Part shown: in pieces, positions 15,001-30,000 of the stretch
How the letters are laid out: every line of letters starts with the position of its first letter
How positions within the stretch are numbered: position 1 is the first letter of the stretch
Assembly (NCBI GenBank): GCA_964016885.1
Contig: OZ024741.1
Location: forward strand, 6,758,001-6,822,000
Length of the DNA stretch: 64,000 nt
Source: Eledone cirrhosa
Taxonomy: Eukaryota
Direction of reading: 5' to 3'
Notes under the pieces: generated by a model
What the model was told of the DNA's origin: nothing
What the model saw: only the letters and a program-made list of their open reading frames with translations
The model's database searches: none
Position numbers and translations under genes: made by a program

Positions 15001-18000
15001 CAACTGTAGTAACAGCAACTGTAGTAACAGCAACTGTAGTAACAGCAACTGTAGTAACAGCAACTGTAGTAACAGCAACTGTAGTAACAGCAACTGTAGT
15101 AACAGCAACTGTAGTAACAGCAACTGTAGTAACAGCAACTGTAGTAACAGCAACTGTAGTAACAGCAACAGTAGTAACAGCAACAGTAGTAACAGCAACA
15201 GTAGTAACAGCAACAGTAGTAACAGCAACAGTAGTAACAGCAACAGTAGTAACAGCAACAGTAATAACAGCAACAGTAATAACAGCAACAGTAATAACAG
15301 CAACAGTAATAACAGCAACAGTAGTAACAGCAACAGTAGTAACAGCAACAGTAGTAACAGCAACAGTAGTAACAGCAACAGTAGTAACAGCAACAGTAGT
15401 AACAGTAACTGTAGTAACAGCAACAACAGTAACAGTAGTAACAGTAACAGTAGTAACAGTAACTGTAGTAACAGCAACAACAGTAACAGTAGTAACAGTA
15501 ACAGTAGTAACAGTAACAGTAGTAACAGTAACAGTAGTAACAGTAACAGTAGTAACAGTAACAGTAGTAACAGCAACAGTAGTAACAGCAACAGTAGTAA
15601 CAGCAACAGTAGTAACAGCAACAGTAATAACAGCAACAACAGCAACAGTAATAACAGCAACAGTAATAACAGCAACAGTAGTAACAGCAACAGTAGTAAC
15701 AGCAACAGTAGTAACAGCAACAGTAGTAACAGCAACAGTAGTAACAGCAACAGTAGTAACAGCAACAGTAGTAACAGCAACAGTAGTAACAGCAACTGTA
15801 GTAACAGCAACTGTAGTAACAGCAACTGTAGTAACAGCAACTGTAGTAACAGCAACTGTAGTAACAGCAACTGTAGTAACAGCAACAGTAGTAACAGCAA
15901 CAGTAGTAACAGCAACAGTAGTAACAGCAACAGTAGTAACAGCAACAGTAGTAACAGCAACAGTAATAACAGCAACAGTAATAACAGCAACAGTAATAAC
16001 AGCAACAGTAATAACAGCAACAGTAATAACAGCAACAGTAGTAACAGCAACAGTAGTAACAGCAACAGTAGTAACAGCAACAGTAGTAACAGCAACAGTA
16101 ATAACAGCAACAGTAATAACAGCAACAGTAGTAACAGCAACAGTAGTAACAGCAACAGTAGTAACAGCAACAGTAGTAACAGCAACAGTAGTAACAGCAA
16201 CAGTAGTAACAGCAACAGTAGTAACAGCAACAGTAGTAACAGCAACAGTAGTAACAGCAACAGTAGTAACAGCAACAGTAGTAACAGCAACAGTAGTAAC
16301 AGCAACAGTAGTAACAGCAACAGTAGTAACAGCAACAGTAGTAACAGCAACAGTAGTAACAGCAACAGTAATAACAGCAACAGTAATAACAGCAACAGTA
16401 GTAACAGCAACAGTAGTAACAGCAACAGTAGTAACAGCAACAGTAGTAACAGCAACAGTAGTAACAGCAACAGTAGTAACAGCAACAGTAGTAACAGCAA
16501 CAGTAGTAACAGCAACTGTAGTAACAGCAACTGTAGTAACAGCAACTGTAGTAACAGTAACTGTATTAACAGTAACTGTAGTAACAGTAACTGTAGTAAC
16601 AGTAACTGTAGTAACAGTAGTAACAGTAACAGTAGCAACAGCAACAGCAGCAACAGCAACAGTAGCAACAGTAGCAACAGCAACAGTAGCAACAGCAACA
16701 GTAGCAACAGCAACAGTAGCAACAGCAACAGTAGTAACAGTAGCAACAGCAACAGTAGTAACAGCAACAGCAACAGTAGTAACAGTTACAGTAGTAGTAG
16801 TAGTAACAGTAGTAACAACAGTAGTAACAGCAACAGTAACAGTAGTAGTAACAGCATCAGTAGTAACAGCAACAGTAGTAACAGTAGTAACAGCAACAGT
16901 AGTAACAGCAGCAGTAGTAACAGCAGCAGTAGTAACAGTAGTAACAGCAACAGTAGTAACAGCAGCAGTAGTAACAGTAGTAACAGCAACAGTAGTAACA
17001 GCAACAGTAGTAACAGCAACAGTAGTAACAGTAACTGTAGTAACAGCAACAGTAGTAACAGTAACTGTAGTAACAGCAACAGTAGTAACAGCAACAGTAG
17101 TAACAGTAACACTAGTAACAGCAACACTAGTAACAGCAACACTAGTAACAGCAACACTAGTAACAGCAACAGTAGTAACAGTAACAGTAGTAACAGTAAC
17201 AGTAGTAACAGTAACAGTAGTAACAGCAACAGTAGTAACAGCAACAGTAGTAACAGCAACAGTAGTAACAGCAACAGTAGTAACAGCAACTGTAGTAACA
17301 GCAACTGTAGTAACAGCAACTGTAGTAACAGCAACTGTAGTAACAGCAACTGTAGTAACAGCAACTGTAGTAACAGCAACTGTAGTAACAGCAACTGTAG
17401 TAACAGCAACTGTAGTAACAGCAACTGTAGTAACAGCAACTGTAGTAACAGCAACTGTAGTAACAGCAACTGTAGTAACAGCAACTGTAGTAACAGCAAC
17501 TGTAGTAACAGTAAAAGTAACAGTAGTAACAGCAACAGTAGTAACAGTAGTAACAGCAACAGTAGTAACACCAACAGTAGTAACAGTAACAGTAGTAACA
17601 GTAACAGTAGTAACAGCAACAGTAGTAACAGCAACAGTAGTAACAGCAACAGTAGTAACAGCAACAATAGTAACAGCAACAATAGTAACAGCAACGATAG
17701 TAACAGCAACAATAGTAACAGCAACAGTAGTAACAGCAACAGTAGTAACAGCAACAGGAGTAACAGCAACAGGAGTAACAGCAACAGTAGTAACAGCAAC
17801 AGTAGTAACAGCAACTGTAGTAACAGTAACTGTAGTAACAGTAACTGTAGTAACAGCAACTGTAGTAACAGCAACTGTAGTAACAGCAACTGTAGTAACA
17901 GCAACTGTAGTAACAGCAACTGTAGTAACAGCAACAGTAGTAACAGCAACAGTAGTAACAGCAACTGTAGTAACAGCAACAGTAGTAACAGCAACAGTAG

Positions 18001-21000
18001 TAACAGCAACAGTAGTAACAGTAACAGTAGTAACAGTAACAGTAGTAACAGTAACAGTAGTAACAGTAACAGTAGTAACAGTAGTAGTAACAGTAGTAAC
18101 AGTAACAGTAGTAACAGTAACAGTAGTAACAGTAGTAGTAACAGTAGTAGTAACAGTAGTAGTAACAGTAGTAGTAGTAACAGTAGTTACAGTAGTAGTA
18201 GTTGTAACAGTAGTAACAACAGTAGTAACAGCAACAGTAGTAACAGCAACAGTAGTAACAGCAGCAGTAGTAACAGTAGTAACAGCAACAGTAGTTACAG
18301 TAACAGTAGTAACAGTAACAGTAGTAACAGCAACAGTAGCAACAGTAGTAACAGCAACAGTAGTAACAGCAACAGTAGTAACTGCAACAGTAGTAACAGC
18401 AACAGTAGTAACAGCAACAGTAGTAACAGCAACAGTAGTAACAGCAACAGTAGTAACAGCAACAGTAGTAACAGCAACAGTAGTAACAGCAACAGTAGTA
18501 ACAGCAACAGTAATAACAGCAACAGTAATAACAGCAACAGTAATAACAGCAACAGTAATAACAGCAACAGTAGTAACAGCAACAGTAGTAACAGCAACAG
18601 TAGTAACAGCAACAGTAATAACAGCAACAGTAATAACAGCAACAGTAATAACAGCAACAGTAATAACAGCAACAGTAATAACAGCAACAGTAATAACAGC
18701 AACAGTAATAACAGCAACAGTAATAACAGCAACAGTAATAACAGCAACAGTAATAACAGCAACAGTAATAACAGCAACAGTAATAACAGCAACAGTAATA
18801 ACAGCAACAGTAGTAACAGCAACAGTAGTAACAGCAACAGTAGTAACAGCAACAGTAGTAACAGCAACAGTAGTAACAGCAACAGTAGTAACAGCAACAG
18901 TAGTAACAGCAACAGTAGTAACAGCAACAGTAGTAACAGCAACAGTAGTAACAGCAACAGTAGTAACAGTAACAGTAGTAACAGTAACAGTAACAGTAGT
19001 AACAGTAACAGTAGTAACAGTAACAGTAGTAACAGTAGTAGTAACAGTAGTAACAGCAGCAGTAGTAACAGTAACAGTAGTAACAGTAACAGTAGTAACA
19101 GTAACAGTAGTAACAGTTACAGTAGTAACAGTAACAGTAGTAACAGTTACAGTAGTAACAGTTACAGTAGTAACAGCAACAGTAGTAACAGCAACAGTAG
19201 TAACAGCAACAGTAGTAACAGCAACAGTAGTAACAGCAACAGTAGTAACAGCAACAGTAGTAACAGCAACAGTAGTAACAGCAACAGTAGTAACAGCAAC
19301 AGTAGTAACAGTTACAGTAGTAACAGTAACAGTAGTAACAGCAACAGTAGTAACAGCAACAGTAGTAACAGCAACAGTAGTAACAGCAACAGTAGTAACA
19401 GCAACAGTAGTAACAGCAACAGTAGTAACAGCAACAGTAATAACAGTAGTAACAGTAATAACAGTAGCAACAGTAGTAACAGCAACAGTAGTAACAGCAA
19501 CAGTAATAACAGCAACAGTAATAACAGCAACAGTAGTAACAGCAACAGTAGTAACAGCAACAGTAGTAACAGCAACAGTAGTAACAGCAACAGTAGTAAC
19601 AGCAACAGTAGTAACAGCAACAGTAGTAACAGCAACAGTAGTAACAGCAACAGTAGTAACAGTAACAGTAGTAACAGTAACAGTAGTAACAGTAGTAGTA
19701 ACAGTAGTAACAGTAACAGTAGTAACAGTAGTAACAGTAACAGTAGTAACAGTAACAGTAGTAACAGTAACAGTAGTAACAGTAGTAGTAACAGTAGTAG
19801 TAACAGTAGTAGTAACAGTAGTAGTAACAGCAGCAGTAGTAACAGTAACAGTAGTAACAGTAACAGTAGTAACAGTTACAGTAGTAACAGTTACAGTAGT
19901 AACAGTTACAGTAGTAGTAGTAACAGTAGTAGTAGTAACAGTAGTAACAGTTACAGTAGTAGTAGTAGTAGTAACAGTAGTAACAACAGTAGTAACAGCA
20001 ACAGTAGTGACAGCAACAGTAGTGACAGCAACAGTAGTAACAGTAACAGTAGTAACAGCAACAGTAGTAACAGCAGCAGTAGTAACAGTAACAGTAGTAA
20101 CAGTAACAGTAGTAACAGTAACAGTAGTAACAGCAACAGTAGCAACAGTAGTAACAGCAACAGTAGTAACAGCAACAGTAGTAACAGCAACAGTAGTAAC
20201 AGCAACAGTAGTAACAGCAACAGTAGTAACAGCAACAGTAGTAACAGTAACAGTAGTAACAGTAACAGTAGTAACAGTAACAACAGTAACAGTAGTAACA
20301 GTAACAGTAGTAACAGTAACAGTAGTAACAGTAACAGTAGTAACAGCAACAGTAGTAACAGCAACAGTAGTAACAGCAACAGTAGTAACAGCAACAGTAG
20401 TAACAGCAACAGTAATAACAGCAACAGTAATAACAGCAACAGTAGTAACAGCAACAGTAGTAACAGCAACAGTAGTAACAGCAACAGTAGTAACAGCAAC
20501 AGTAGTAACAGCAACAGTAGTAACAGCAACAGTAGTAACAGCAACAGTAGTAACAGCAACAGTAGTAACAGCAACAGTAGTAACAGCAACAGTAGTAACA
20601 GCAACAGTAGTAACAGCAACAGTAGTAACAGTAACAGTAGTAACAGTAACAGTAGTAACAGTAACAGTAGTAACAGTAGTAGTAACAGTAGTAACAGCAG
20701 CAGTAGTAACAGTAGTAACAGTAACAGTAGTAACAGTAACAGTAGTAACAGTAGTAGTAACAGTAGTAGTAACAGTAGTAGTAACAGCAGCAGTAGTAAC
20801 AGTAACAGTAGTAACAGTAACAGTAGTAACAGTTACAGTAGTAACAGTTACAGTAGTAACAGTTACAGTAGTAACAGTTACAGTAGTAACAGTTACAGTA
20901 GTAACAGTTACAGTAGTAGTAGTAACAGTAGTAGTAGTAACAGTAGTAACAGTTACAGTAGTAGTAGTAGTAGTAACAGTAGTAACAACAGTAGTAACAG

Positions 21001-24000
21001 CAACAGTAGTGACAGCAACAGTAGTGACAGCAACAGTAGTAACAGTAACAGTAGTAACAGCAACAGTAGTAACAGCAGCAGTAGTAACAGCAACAGTAGT
21101 AACAGTAACAGTAGTAACAGTAACAGTAGTAACAGTAACAGTAGTAACAGCAACAGTAGCAACAGTAGTAACAGCAACAGTAGTAACAGCAACAGTAGTA
21201 ACAGCAACAGTAGTAACAGTAACAGTAGTAACAGTAACAGTAGTAACAGTAACAACAGTAACAGTAGTAACAGTAACAGTAGTAACAGTAACAGTAGTAA
21301 CAGCAACAGTAGTAACAGCAACAGTAGTAACAGCAACAGTAGTAACAGCAACAGTAGTAACAGCAACAGTAGTAACAGCAACAGTAATAACAGCAACAGT
21401 AATAACAGCAACAGTAATAACAGCAACAGTAATAACAGCAACAGTAGTAACAGCAACAGTAGTAACAGCAACAGTAGTAACAGCAACAGTAGTAACAGCA
21501 ACAGTAGTAACAGCAACAGTAGTAACAGCAACAGTAGTAACAGCAACAGTAATAACAGCAACAGTAATAACAGCAACAGTAATAACAGCAACAGTAATAA
21601 CAGCAACAGTAATAACAGCAACAGTAGTAACAGCAACAGTAGTAACAGCAACAGTAGTAACAGCAACAGTAGTAACAGCAACAGTAGTAACAGCAACAGT
21701 AGTAACAGCAACAGTAGTAACAGCAACAGTAGTAACAGCAACAGTAGTAACAGCAACAGTAGTAACAGCAACAGTAGTAACAGCAACAGTAGTAACAGCA
21801 ACAGTAGTAACAGCAACAGTAGTAACAGCAACAGTAGTAACAGCAACAGTAGTAACAGCAACAGTAGTAACAGCAACAGTAGTAACAGCAACAGTAGTAA
21901 CAGCAACAGTAGTAACAGCAACAGTAGTAACAGCAACAGTAGTAACAGCAACAGTAGTAACAGCAACAGTAGTAACAGCAACAGTAGTAACAGCAACTGT
22001 AGTAACAGCAACTGTAGTAACAGCAACAGTAGTAACAGCAACAGTAGTAACAGCAACAGTAGTAACAGCAACAGTAGTAAAAGCAACAGTAGTAAAAGCA
22101 ACAGTAGTAACAGCAACAGTAGTAACAGCAACAGTAGTAACAGCAACAGTAGTAACAGCAACAGTAGTAACAGCAACAGTAGTAACAGCAACAGTAGTAA
22201 CAGCAACAGTAGTAACAGCAACAGTAGTAACAGCAACAGTAGTAACAGCAACAGTAGTAACAGCAACAGTAGTAACAGCAACAGTAGTAACAGCAACAGT
22301 AGTAACAGCAACAGTAGTAACAGCAACAGTAGTAACAGCAACAGTAGTAACAGCAACAGTAGTAACAGCAACAGTAGTAACAGCAACAGTAGTAACAGCA
22401 ACAGTAGTAACAGCAACAGTAGTAACAGCAACAGTAGTAACAGCAACAGTAGTAACAGCAACAGTAGTAACAGCAACAGTAGTAACAGTAGTAGTAGTAA
22501 CAGTAGTAACAGTAATAACAGTAGTAACAGCAGCAGTAGTAACAGCAACAGTAATAACAGCAACAGTAATAACAGCAACAGTAATAACAGCAACAGTAAT
22601 AACAGCAACAGTAGTAACAGCAACAGTAGTAACAGCAACAGTAGTAACAGCAACAGTAGTAACAGCAACAGTAGTAACAGCAACAGTAGTAACAGCAACA
22701 GTAGTAACAGCAACAGTAGTAACAGCAACAGTAGTAACAGCAACAGTAGTAACAGCAACAGTAGTAACAGCAACAGTAGTAACAGCAACAGTAGTAACAG
22801 CAACAGTAGTAACAGCAACAGTAGTAACAGCAACAGTAGTAACAGCAACAGTAGTAACAGCAACAGTAGTAACAGCAACTGTAGTAACAGCAACTGTAGT
22901 AACAGCAACTGTAGTAACAGCAACAGTAGTAACAGCAACAGTAGTAACAGCAACAGTAGTAACAGCAACAGTAGTAACAGCAACAGTAGTAACAGCAACA
23001 GTAGTAACAGCAACAGTAGTAACAGCAACAGTAGTAACAGTAGTAACAGCAACAGTAGTAACAGTAGTAACAGCAACAGTAGTAACAGTAGTAACAGCAA
23101 CAGTAGTAACAGTAGTAACAGCAACAGTAGTAACAGTAGTAACAGCAACAGTAGTAACAGTAGTAACAGCAACAGTAGCAACAGCAACAGTAGTAACAGT
23201 AGCAACAGCAACAGTAGTAACAGTAGTAACAGCAACAGTAGTAACAGTAGTAACAGCAACAGTAGTAACAGTAGTAACAGCAACAGTAGTAACAGTAGTA
23301 ACAGCAACAGTAGTAACAGTAGTAACAGCAACAGTAGTAACAGTAGTAACAGCAACAGTAGTAACAGCAACAGTAGTAACAGCAACAGTAGTAACAGTAA
23401 CAGTAGTAACAGCAACAGTAGCAACAGCAACAGCAACAGTAGCAACGGCAACAGTAGCAACGGCAACAGTAGTAACGGCAACAGTAGTAACGGCAACAGT
23501 AGTAACGGCAACAGTAGTAACGGCGACAGTAGTAACGGCGACAGTAGTAACGGCGACAGTAGTAACGGCGACAGTAGTAACGGCGACAGTCGTAACGGCG
23601 ACAGTCGTAACGGCGACAGTCGTAACGGCGACAGTCGTAACGGCGACAGTCGTAACGGCGACAGTCGTAACGGCGACAGTCGTAACGGCGACAGTCGTAA
23701 CGGCGACAGTCGTAACGGCGACAGTCGTAACGGCGACAGTCGTAACGGCGACAGTAGTAACGGCAACAGTAGCAACAGTAGCAACAATAACAGTAGTAAC
23801 AGTAGCAACAGTAGCAACAATAACAGTAGCAACAATAACAGTAGCAACAGTAGTAACAGCAACAGTAGTAACAGTAACAGTAGTAACAGTAGTAGTAGTA
23901 GTAGTAGTAACAGTAGTAACAGCAACAGTAGTAGTAATAACAGTAGTAACAGCAACAGTAGTAGTAGTAGTAACAGCAACAGTAGTAGTAGTAGTAACAG

Positions 24001-27000
24001 CAACAGTAGTAACACTAGCAGTAGTAACAGTAACAACAGTAACAACATTAGCAACAGTAGCAACATTAGCAACAGTAGCAACAGTAACAACAGTAGCAAC
24101 AGTAACAACAGTAACAACAGTAGCAACAGTAACAACAGTAGCAACAGTAGCAACAGTAACAACAGTAACAACAGTAGCAACAGTAGCAACAGTAACAGTA
24201 ACAACAGTAGCAACAGTAGCAACAGTAACAACAGTAACAACAGTAGCAACAGTAGCAACAGTAGCAACAGTAGCAACAGTAGCAACAGTAGCAACAGTAA
24301 CAGTAACAACAGTAGCAACAGTAGCAACAGTAGCAACAGTAACAACAGTAGCAACAGTAGCAACAGTAGCAACAGTAGCAACAGTAACAGTAACAACAGT
24401 AGCAACAGTAGCAACAGTAGCAACAGTAGCAACAGTAACAACAGTAGCAACAGTAGCAACAGTAGCAACAGTAGCAACAGTAGCAACAGTAACAACAGTA
24501 ACAACAGTAGCAACAGTAACAGTAACAACAGTAGCAACAGTAGCAACAGTAGCAACAGTAACAACAGTAGCAACAGTAGCAACAGTAGCAACAGTAGCAA
24601 CAGTAGCAACAGTAACAGTAACAACAGTAGCAACAGTAGCAACAGTAGCAACAGTAGCAACAGTAACAACAGTAACAACAGTAGCAACAGTAGCAACAGT
24701 AGCAACAGTAGCAACAGTAGCAACAGTAGCAACAGTAACAACAGTAGCAACAGTAACAGTAACAACAGTAGCAACAGTAACAACAGTAGCAACAGTAGCA
24801 ACAGTAACAACAGTAGCAACAGTAGCAACAGTAACAACAGTAGCAACAGTAGTAACTTTAGCAACAGTAGCAACAGTAGCAACAGTAACAACAGTAGCAA
24901 CAGTAACAACAGTAGCAACAGTAACAACAGTAGCAACAGTAACAACAGTAGCAACAGTAACAACAGTAACAACAGTAACAACAGTAACAACAGTAGCAAC
25001 AGTAACAACAGTAACAACAGTAACAACAGTAACAACAGTAACAACAGTAGCAACAGTAGCAACAGTAGCAACAGTAGCAACAGTAACAACAGTAGCAACA
25101 GTAACAACAGTAGCAACAGTAGCAACAGTAACAACAGTAGCAACAGTAACAACAGTAGCAACAGTAACAACAGTAGCAACAGTAACAACAGTAACAACAG
25201 TAACAACAGTAACAACAGTAACAACAGTAGCAACAGTAGCAACAGTAACAACAGTAGTAACAGTAGTAGTAACAGTAGTAGTAACAGTAGTAACAGCAGC
25301 AGTAGTAACAGTAACAGTAGTAACAGTAGTAACAGTAACAGTAGTAACAGTAACAGTAGTAACAGTAACAGTAGTAACAGTAGTAGTAACAGTAGTAGTA
25401 ACAGTAGTAGTAACAGCAGCAGTAGTAACAGTAACAGTAGTAACAGTAACAGTAGTAACAGTAACAGTAGTAACAGTTACAGTAGTAACAGTTACAGTAG
25501 TAACAGTTACAGTAGTAACAGTTACAGTAGTAGTAGTAACAGTAGTAGTAGTAACAGTAGTAACAGTTACAGTAGTAGTAGTAGTAGTAACAGTAGTAAC
25601 AACAGTAGTAACAGCAACAGTAGTGACAGCAACAGTAGTAACAGTAACAGTAGTAACAGCAACAGTAGTAACAGCAGCAGTAGTAACAGCAACAGTAGTA
25701 ACAGTAACAGTAGTAACAGTAACAGTAGTAACAGTAACAGTAGTAACAGCAACAGTAGCAACAGTAGTAACAGCAACAGTAGTAACAGCAACAGTAGTAA
25801 CAGCAACAGTAGTAACAGCAACAGTAGTAACAGCAACAGTAGTAACAGCAACAGTAGTAACAGCAACAGTAGTAACAGCAACAGTAGTAACAGCAACAGT
25901 AGTAACAGCAACAGTAATAACAGCAACAGTAATAACAGCAACAGTAATAACAGCAACAGTAATAACAGCAACAGTAATAACAGCAACAGTAGTAACAGCA
26001 ACAGTAGTAACAGCAACAGTAGTAACAGCAACAGTAGTAACAGCAACAGTAGTAACAGCAACAGTAGTAACAGCAACAGTAGTAACAGCAACAGTAGTAA
26101 CAGCAACAGTAGTAACAGCAACAGTAGTAACAGCAACAGTAGTAACAGCAACAGTAGTAACAGCAACAGTAGTAACAGCAACAGTAGTAACAGCAACAGT
26201 AGTAACAGCAACAGTAGTAACAGCAACAGTAGTAACAGCAACAGTAGTAACAGCAACAGTAGTAACAGCAACAGTAGTAACAGCAACAGTAGTAACAGCA
26301 ACAGTAGTAACAGCAACAGTAGTAACAGCAACAGTAGTAACAGCAACAGTAGTAACAGCAACAGTAGTAACAGCAACAGTAGTAACAGCAACAGTAGTAA
26401 AAGCAACAGTAGTAACAGCAACAGTAGTAACAGCAACAGTAGTAACAGCAACAGTAGTAACAGCAACAGTAGTAACAGCAACAGTAGTAACAGCAACAGT
26501 AGTAACAGCAACAGTAGTAACAGTAGTAGTAGTAACAGTAGTAACAGTAATAACAGTAGTAACAGCAGCAGTAGTAACAGCAACAGTAATAACAGCAACA
26601 GTAATAACAGCAACAGTAATAACAGCAACAGTAGTAACAGCAACAGTAGTAACAGCAACAGTAGTAACAGCAACAGTAGTAACAGCAACAGTAGTAACAG
26701 CAACAGTAGTAACAGCAACAGTAGTAACAGCAACAGTAGTAACAGCAACAGTAGTAACAGCAACAGTAGTAACAGCAACAGTAGTAACAGCAACAGTAGT
26801 AACAGCAACAGTAGTAACAGCAACAGTAGTAACAGCAACAGTAGTAACAGCAACAGTAGTAACAGCAACAGTAGTAACAGCAACAGTAGTAACAGCAACA
26901 GTAGTAACAGCAACAGTAGTAACAGCAACTGTAGTAACAGCAACTGTAGTAACAGCAACAGTAGTAACAGCAACAGTAGTAACAGCAACAGTAGTAACAG

Positions 27001-30000
27001 CAACAGTAGTAACAGCAACAGTAGTAACAGCAACAGTAGTAACAGCAACAGTAGTAACAGCAACAGTAGTAACAGCAACAGTAGTAACAGCAACAGTAGT
27101 AACAGCAACAGTAGTAACAGCAACAGTAGTAACAGTAGTAACAGTAGTAACAGCAACAGTAGTAACAGTAGTAACAGCAACAGTAGTAACAGTAGTAACA
27201 GCAACAGTAGTAACAGTAGTAACAGCAACAGTAGTAACAGTAGTAACAGCAACAGTAGCAACAGTAGTAACAGCAACAGCAGCAACAGTAGTAACAGTAG
27301 TAACAGCAACAGTAGTAACAGTAGTAACAGCAACAGTAGTAACAGTAGTAACAGCAACAGTAGTAACAGTAGTAACAGCAACAGTAGTAACAGTAGTAAC
27401 AGCAACAGTAGTAACAGTAGTAACAGCAACAGTAGTAACAGTAGTAACAGCAACAGTAGTAACAGTAGTAACAGCAACAGTAGTAACAGCAACAGTAGTA
27501 ACAGCAACAGTAGTAACAGCAACAGTAGTAACAGCAACAGTAGTAACAGCAACAGTAGTAACAGCAACAGTAGCAACAGCAACAGCAACAGTAGCAACGG
27601 CAACAGTAGCAACGGCAACAGTAGCAACGGCAACAGTAGTAACGGCAACAGTAGTAACGGCAACAGTAGTAACGGCGACAGTAGTAACGGCGACAGTAGT
27701 AACGGCGACAGTAGTAACGGCGACAGTAGTAACGGCGACAGTAGTAACGGCGACAGTCGTAACGGCGACAGTCGTAACGGCGACAGTCGTAACGGCGACA
27801 GTCGTAACGGCGACAGTCGTAACGGCGACAGTCGTAACGGCGACAGTCGTAACGGCAACAGTAGCAACAGTAGCAACAATAAAAGTAGTAACAGTAGCAA
27901 CAGTAGCAACAATAACAGTAGTAACAGTAGCAACAGTAGCAACAATAACAGTAGCAACAATAACAGTAGCAACAGTAGTAACAGCAACAGTAGTAACAGT
28001 AACAGTAGTAACAGTAGTAGTAGTAGTAGTAGTAACAGTAGTAACAGCAACAGTAGTAGTAGTAACAGTAGTAACAGCAACAGTAGTAGTAGTAGTAACA
28101 GCAACAGTAGTAGTAGTAGTAACAGCAACAGTAGTAACACTAGCAGTAGTAACAGTAACAACAGTAACAACAGTAGTAACAGTAGCAACATTAGCAACAG
28201 TAGCAACATTAACAACAGTAACAACAGTAGCAACAGTAACAACAGTAGCAACAGTAGCAACAGTAACAACAGTAACAACAGTAGCAACAGTAGCAACAGT
28301 AACAGTAACAACAGTAGCAACAGTAGCAACAGTAACAACAGTAACAACAGTAGCAACAGTAGCAACAGTAGCAACAGTAGCAACAGTAACAACAGTAGCA
28401 ACAGTAGCAACAGTAGCAACAGTAGCAACAGTAACAACAGTAGCAACAGTAACAACAGTAGCAACAGTAACAACAGTAGCAACAGTAACAACAGTAACAA
28501 CAGTAACAACAGTAACAACAGTAGCAACAGTAACAACAGTAGTAACAGTAGTAGTAACAGTAGTAGTAACAGTAGTAACAGCAGCAGTAGTAACAGTAAC
28601 AGTAGTAACAGTAGTAACAGTAACAGTAGTAACAGTAACAGTAGTAACAGTAGTAGTAACAGTAGTAGTAACAGTAGTAGTAACAGCAGCAGTAGTAACA
28701 GTAACAGTAGTAACAGTAACAGTAGTAACAGTAACAGTAGTAACAGTTACAGTAGTAACAGTTACAGTAGTAACAGTTACAGTAGTAGTAGTAACAGTAG
28801 TAGTAGTAACAGTAGTAACAGTTACAGTAGTAGTAGTAGTAGTAACAGTAGTAACAACAGTAGTAACAGCAACAGTAGTGACAGCAACAGTAGTAACAGC
28901 AACAGTAGTAACAGCAGCAGTAGTAACAGCAACAGTAGTAACAGTAACAGTAGTAACAGTAACAGTAGTAACAGTAACAGTAGTAACAGCAACAGTAGCA
29001 ACAGTAGTAACAGCAACAGTAGTAACAGCAACAGTAGTAACAGCAACAGTAGTAACAGCAACAGTAGTAACAGCAACAGTAGTAACAGTAACAGTAACAG
29101 TAGTAACAGTAACAACAGTAACAGTAGTAACAGTAACAGTAGTAACAGTAACAGTAGTAACAGCAACAGTAGTAACAGCAACAGTAGTAACAGCAACAGT
29201 AGTAACAGCAACAGTAATAACAGCAACAGTAGTAACAGCAACAGTAATAACAGCAACAGTAATAACAGCAACAGTAGTAACAGCAACAGTAGTAACAGCA
29301 ACAGTAGTAACAGCAACAGTAGTAACAGCAACAGTAGTAACAGCAACAGTAGTAACAGCAACAGTAGTAACAGCAACAGTAATAACAGCAACAGTAATAA
29401 CAGCAACAGTAATAACAGCAACAGTAATAACAGCAACAGTAATAACAGCAACAGTAATAACAGCAACAGTAATAACAGCAACAGTAATAACAGCAACAGT
29501 AGTAACAGCAACAGTAGTAACAGCAACAGTAGTAACAGCAACAGTAGTAACAGCAACAGTAGTAACAGCAACAGTAGTAACAGCAACAGTAGTAACAGCA
29601 ACAGTAGTAACAGCAACAGTAGTAACAGCAACAGTAGTAACAGCAACAGTAGTAACAGCAACAGTAGTAACAGCAACAGTAGTAACAGCAACAGTAGTAA
29701 CAGCAACAGTAGTAACAGCAACAGTAGTAACAGCAACAGTAGTAACAGCAACAGTAGTAACAGCAACAGTAGTAACAGCAACAGTAGTAACAGCAACAGT
29801 AGTAACAGCAACAGTAGTAACAGCAACAGTAGTAACAGCAACAGTAGTAAAAGCAACAGTAGTAACAGCAACAGTAGTAACAGCAACAGTAGTAACAGCA
29901 ACAGTAGTAACAGCAACAGTAGTAACAGCAACAGTAGTAACAGCAACAGTAGTAACAGCAACAGTAGTAACAGCAACAGTAGTAACAGCAACAGTAGTAA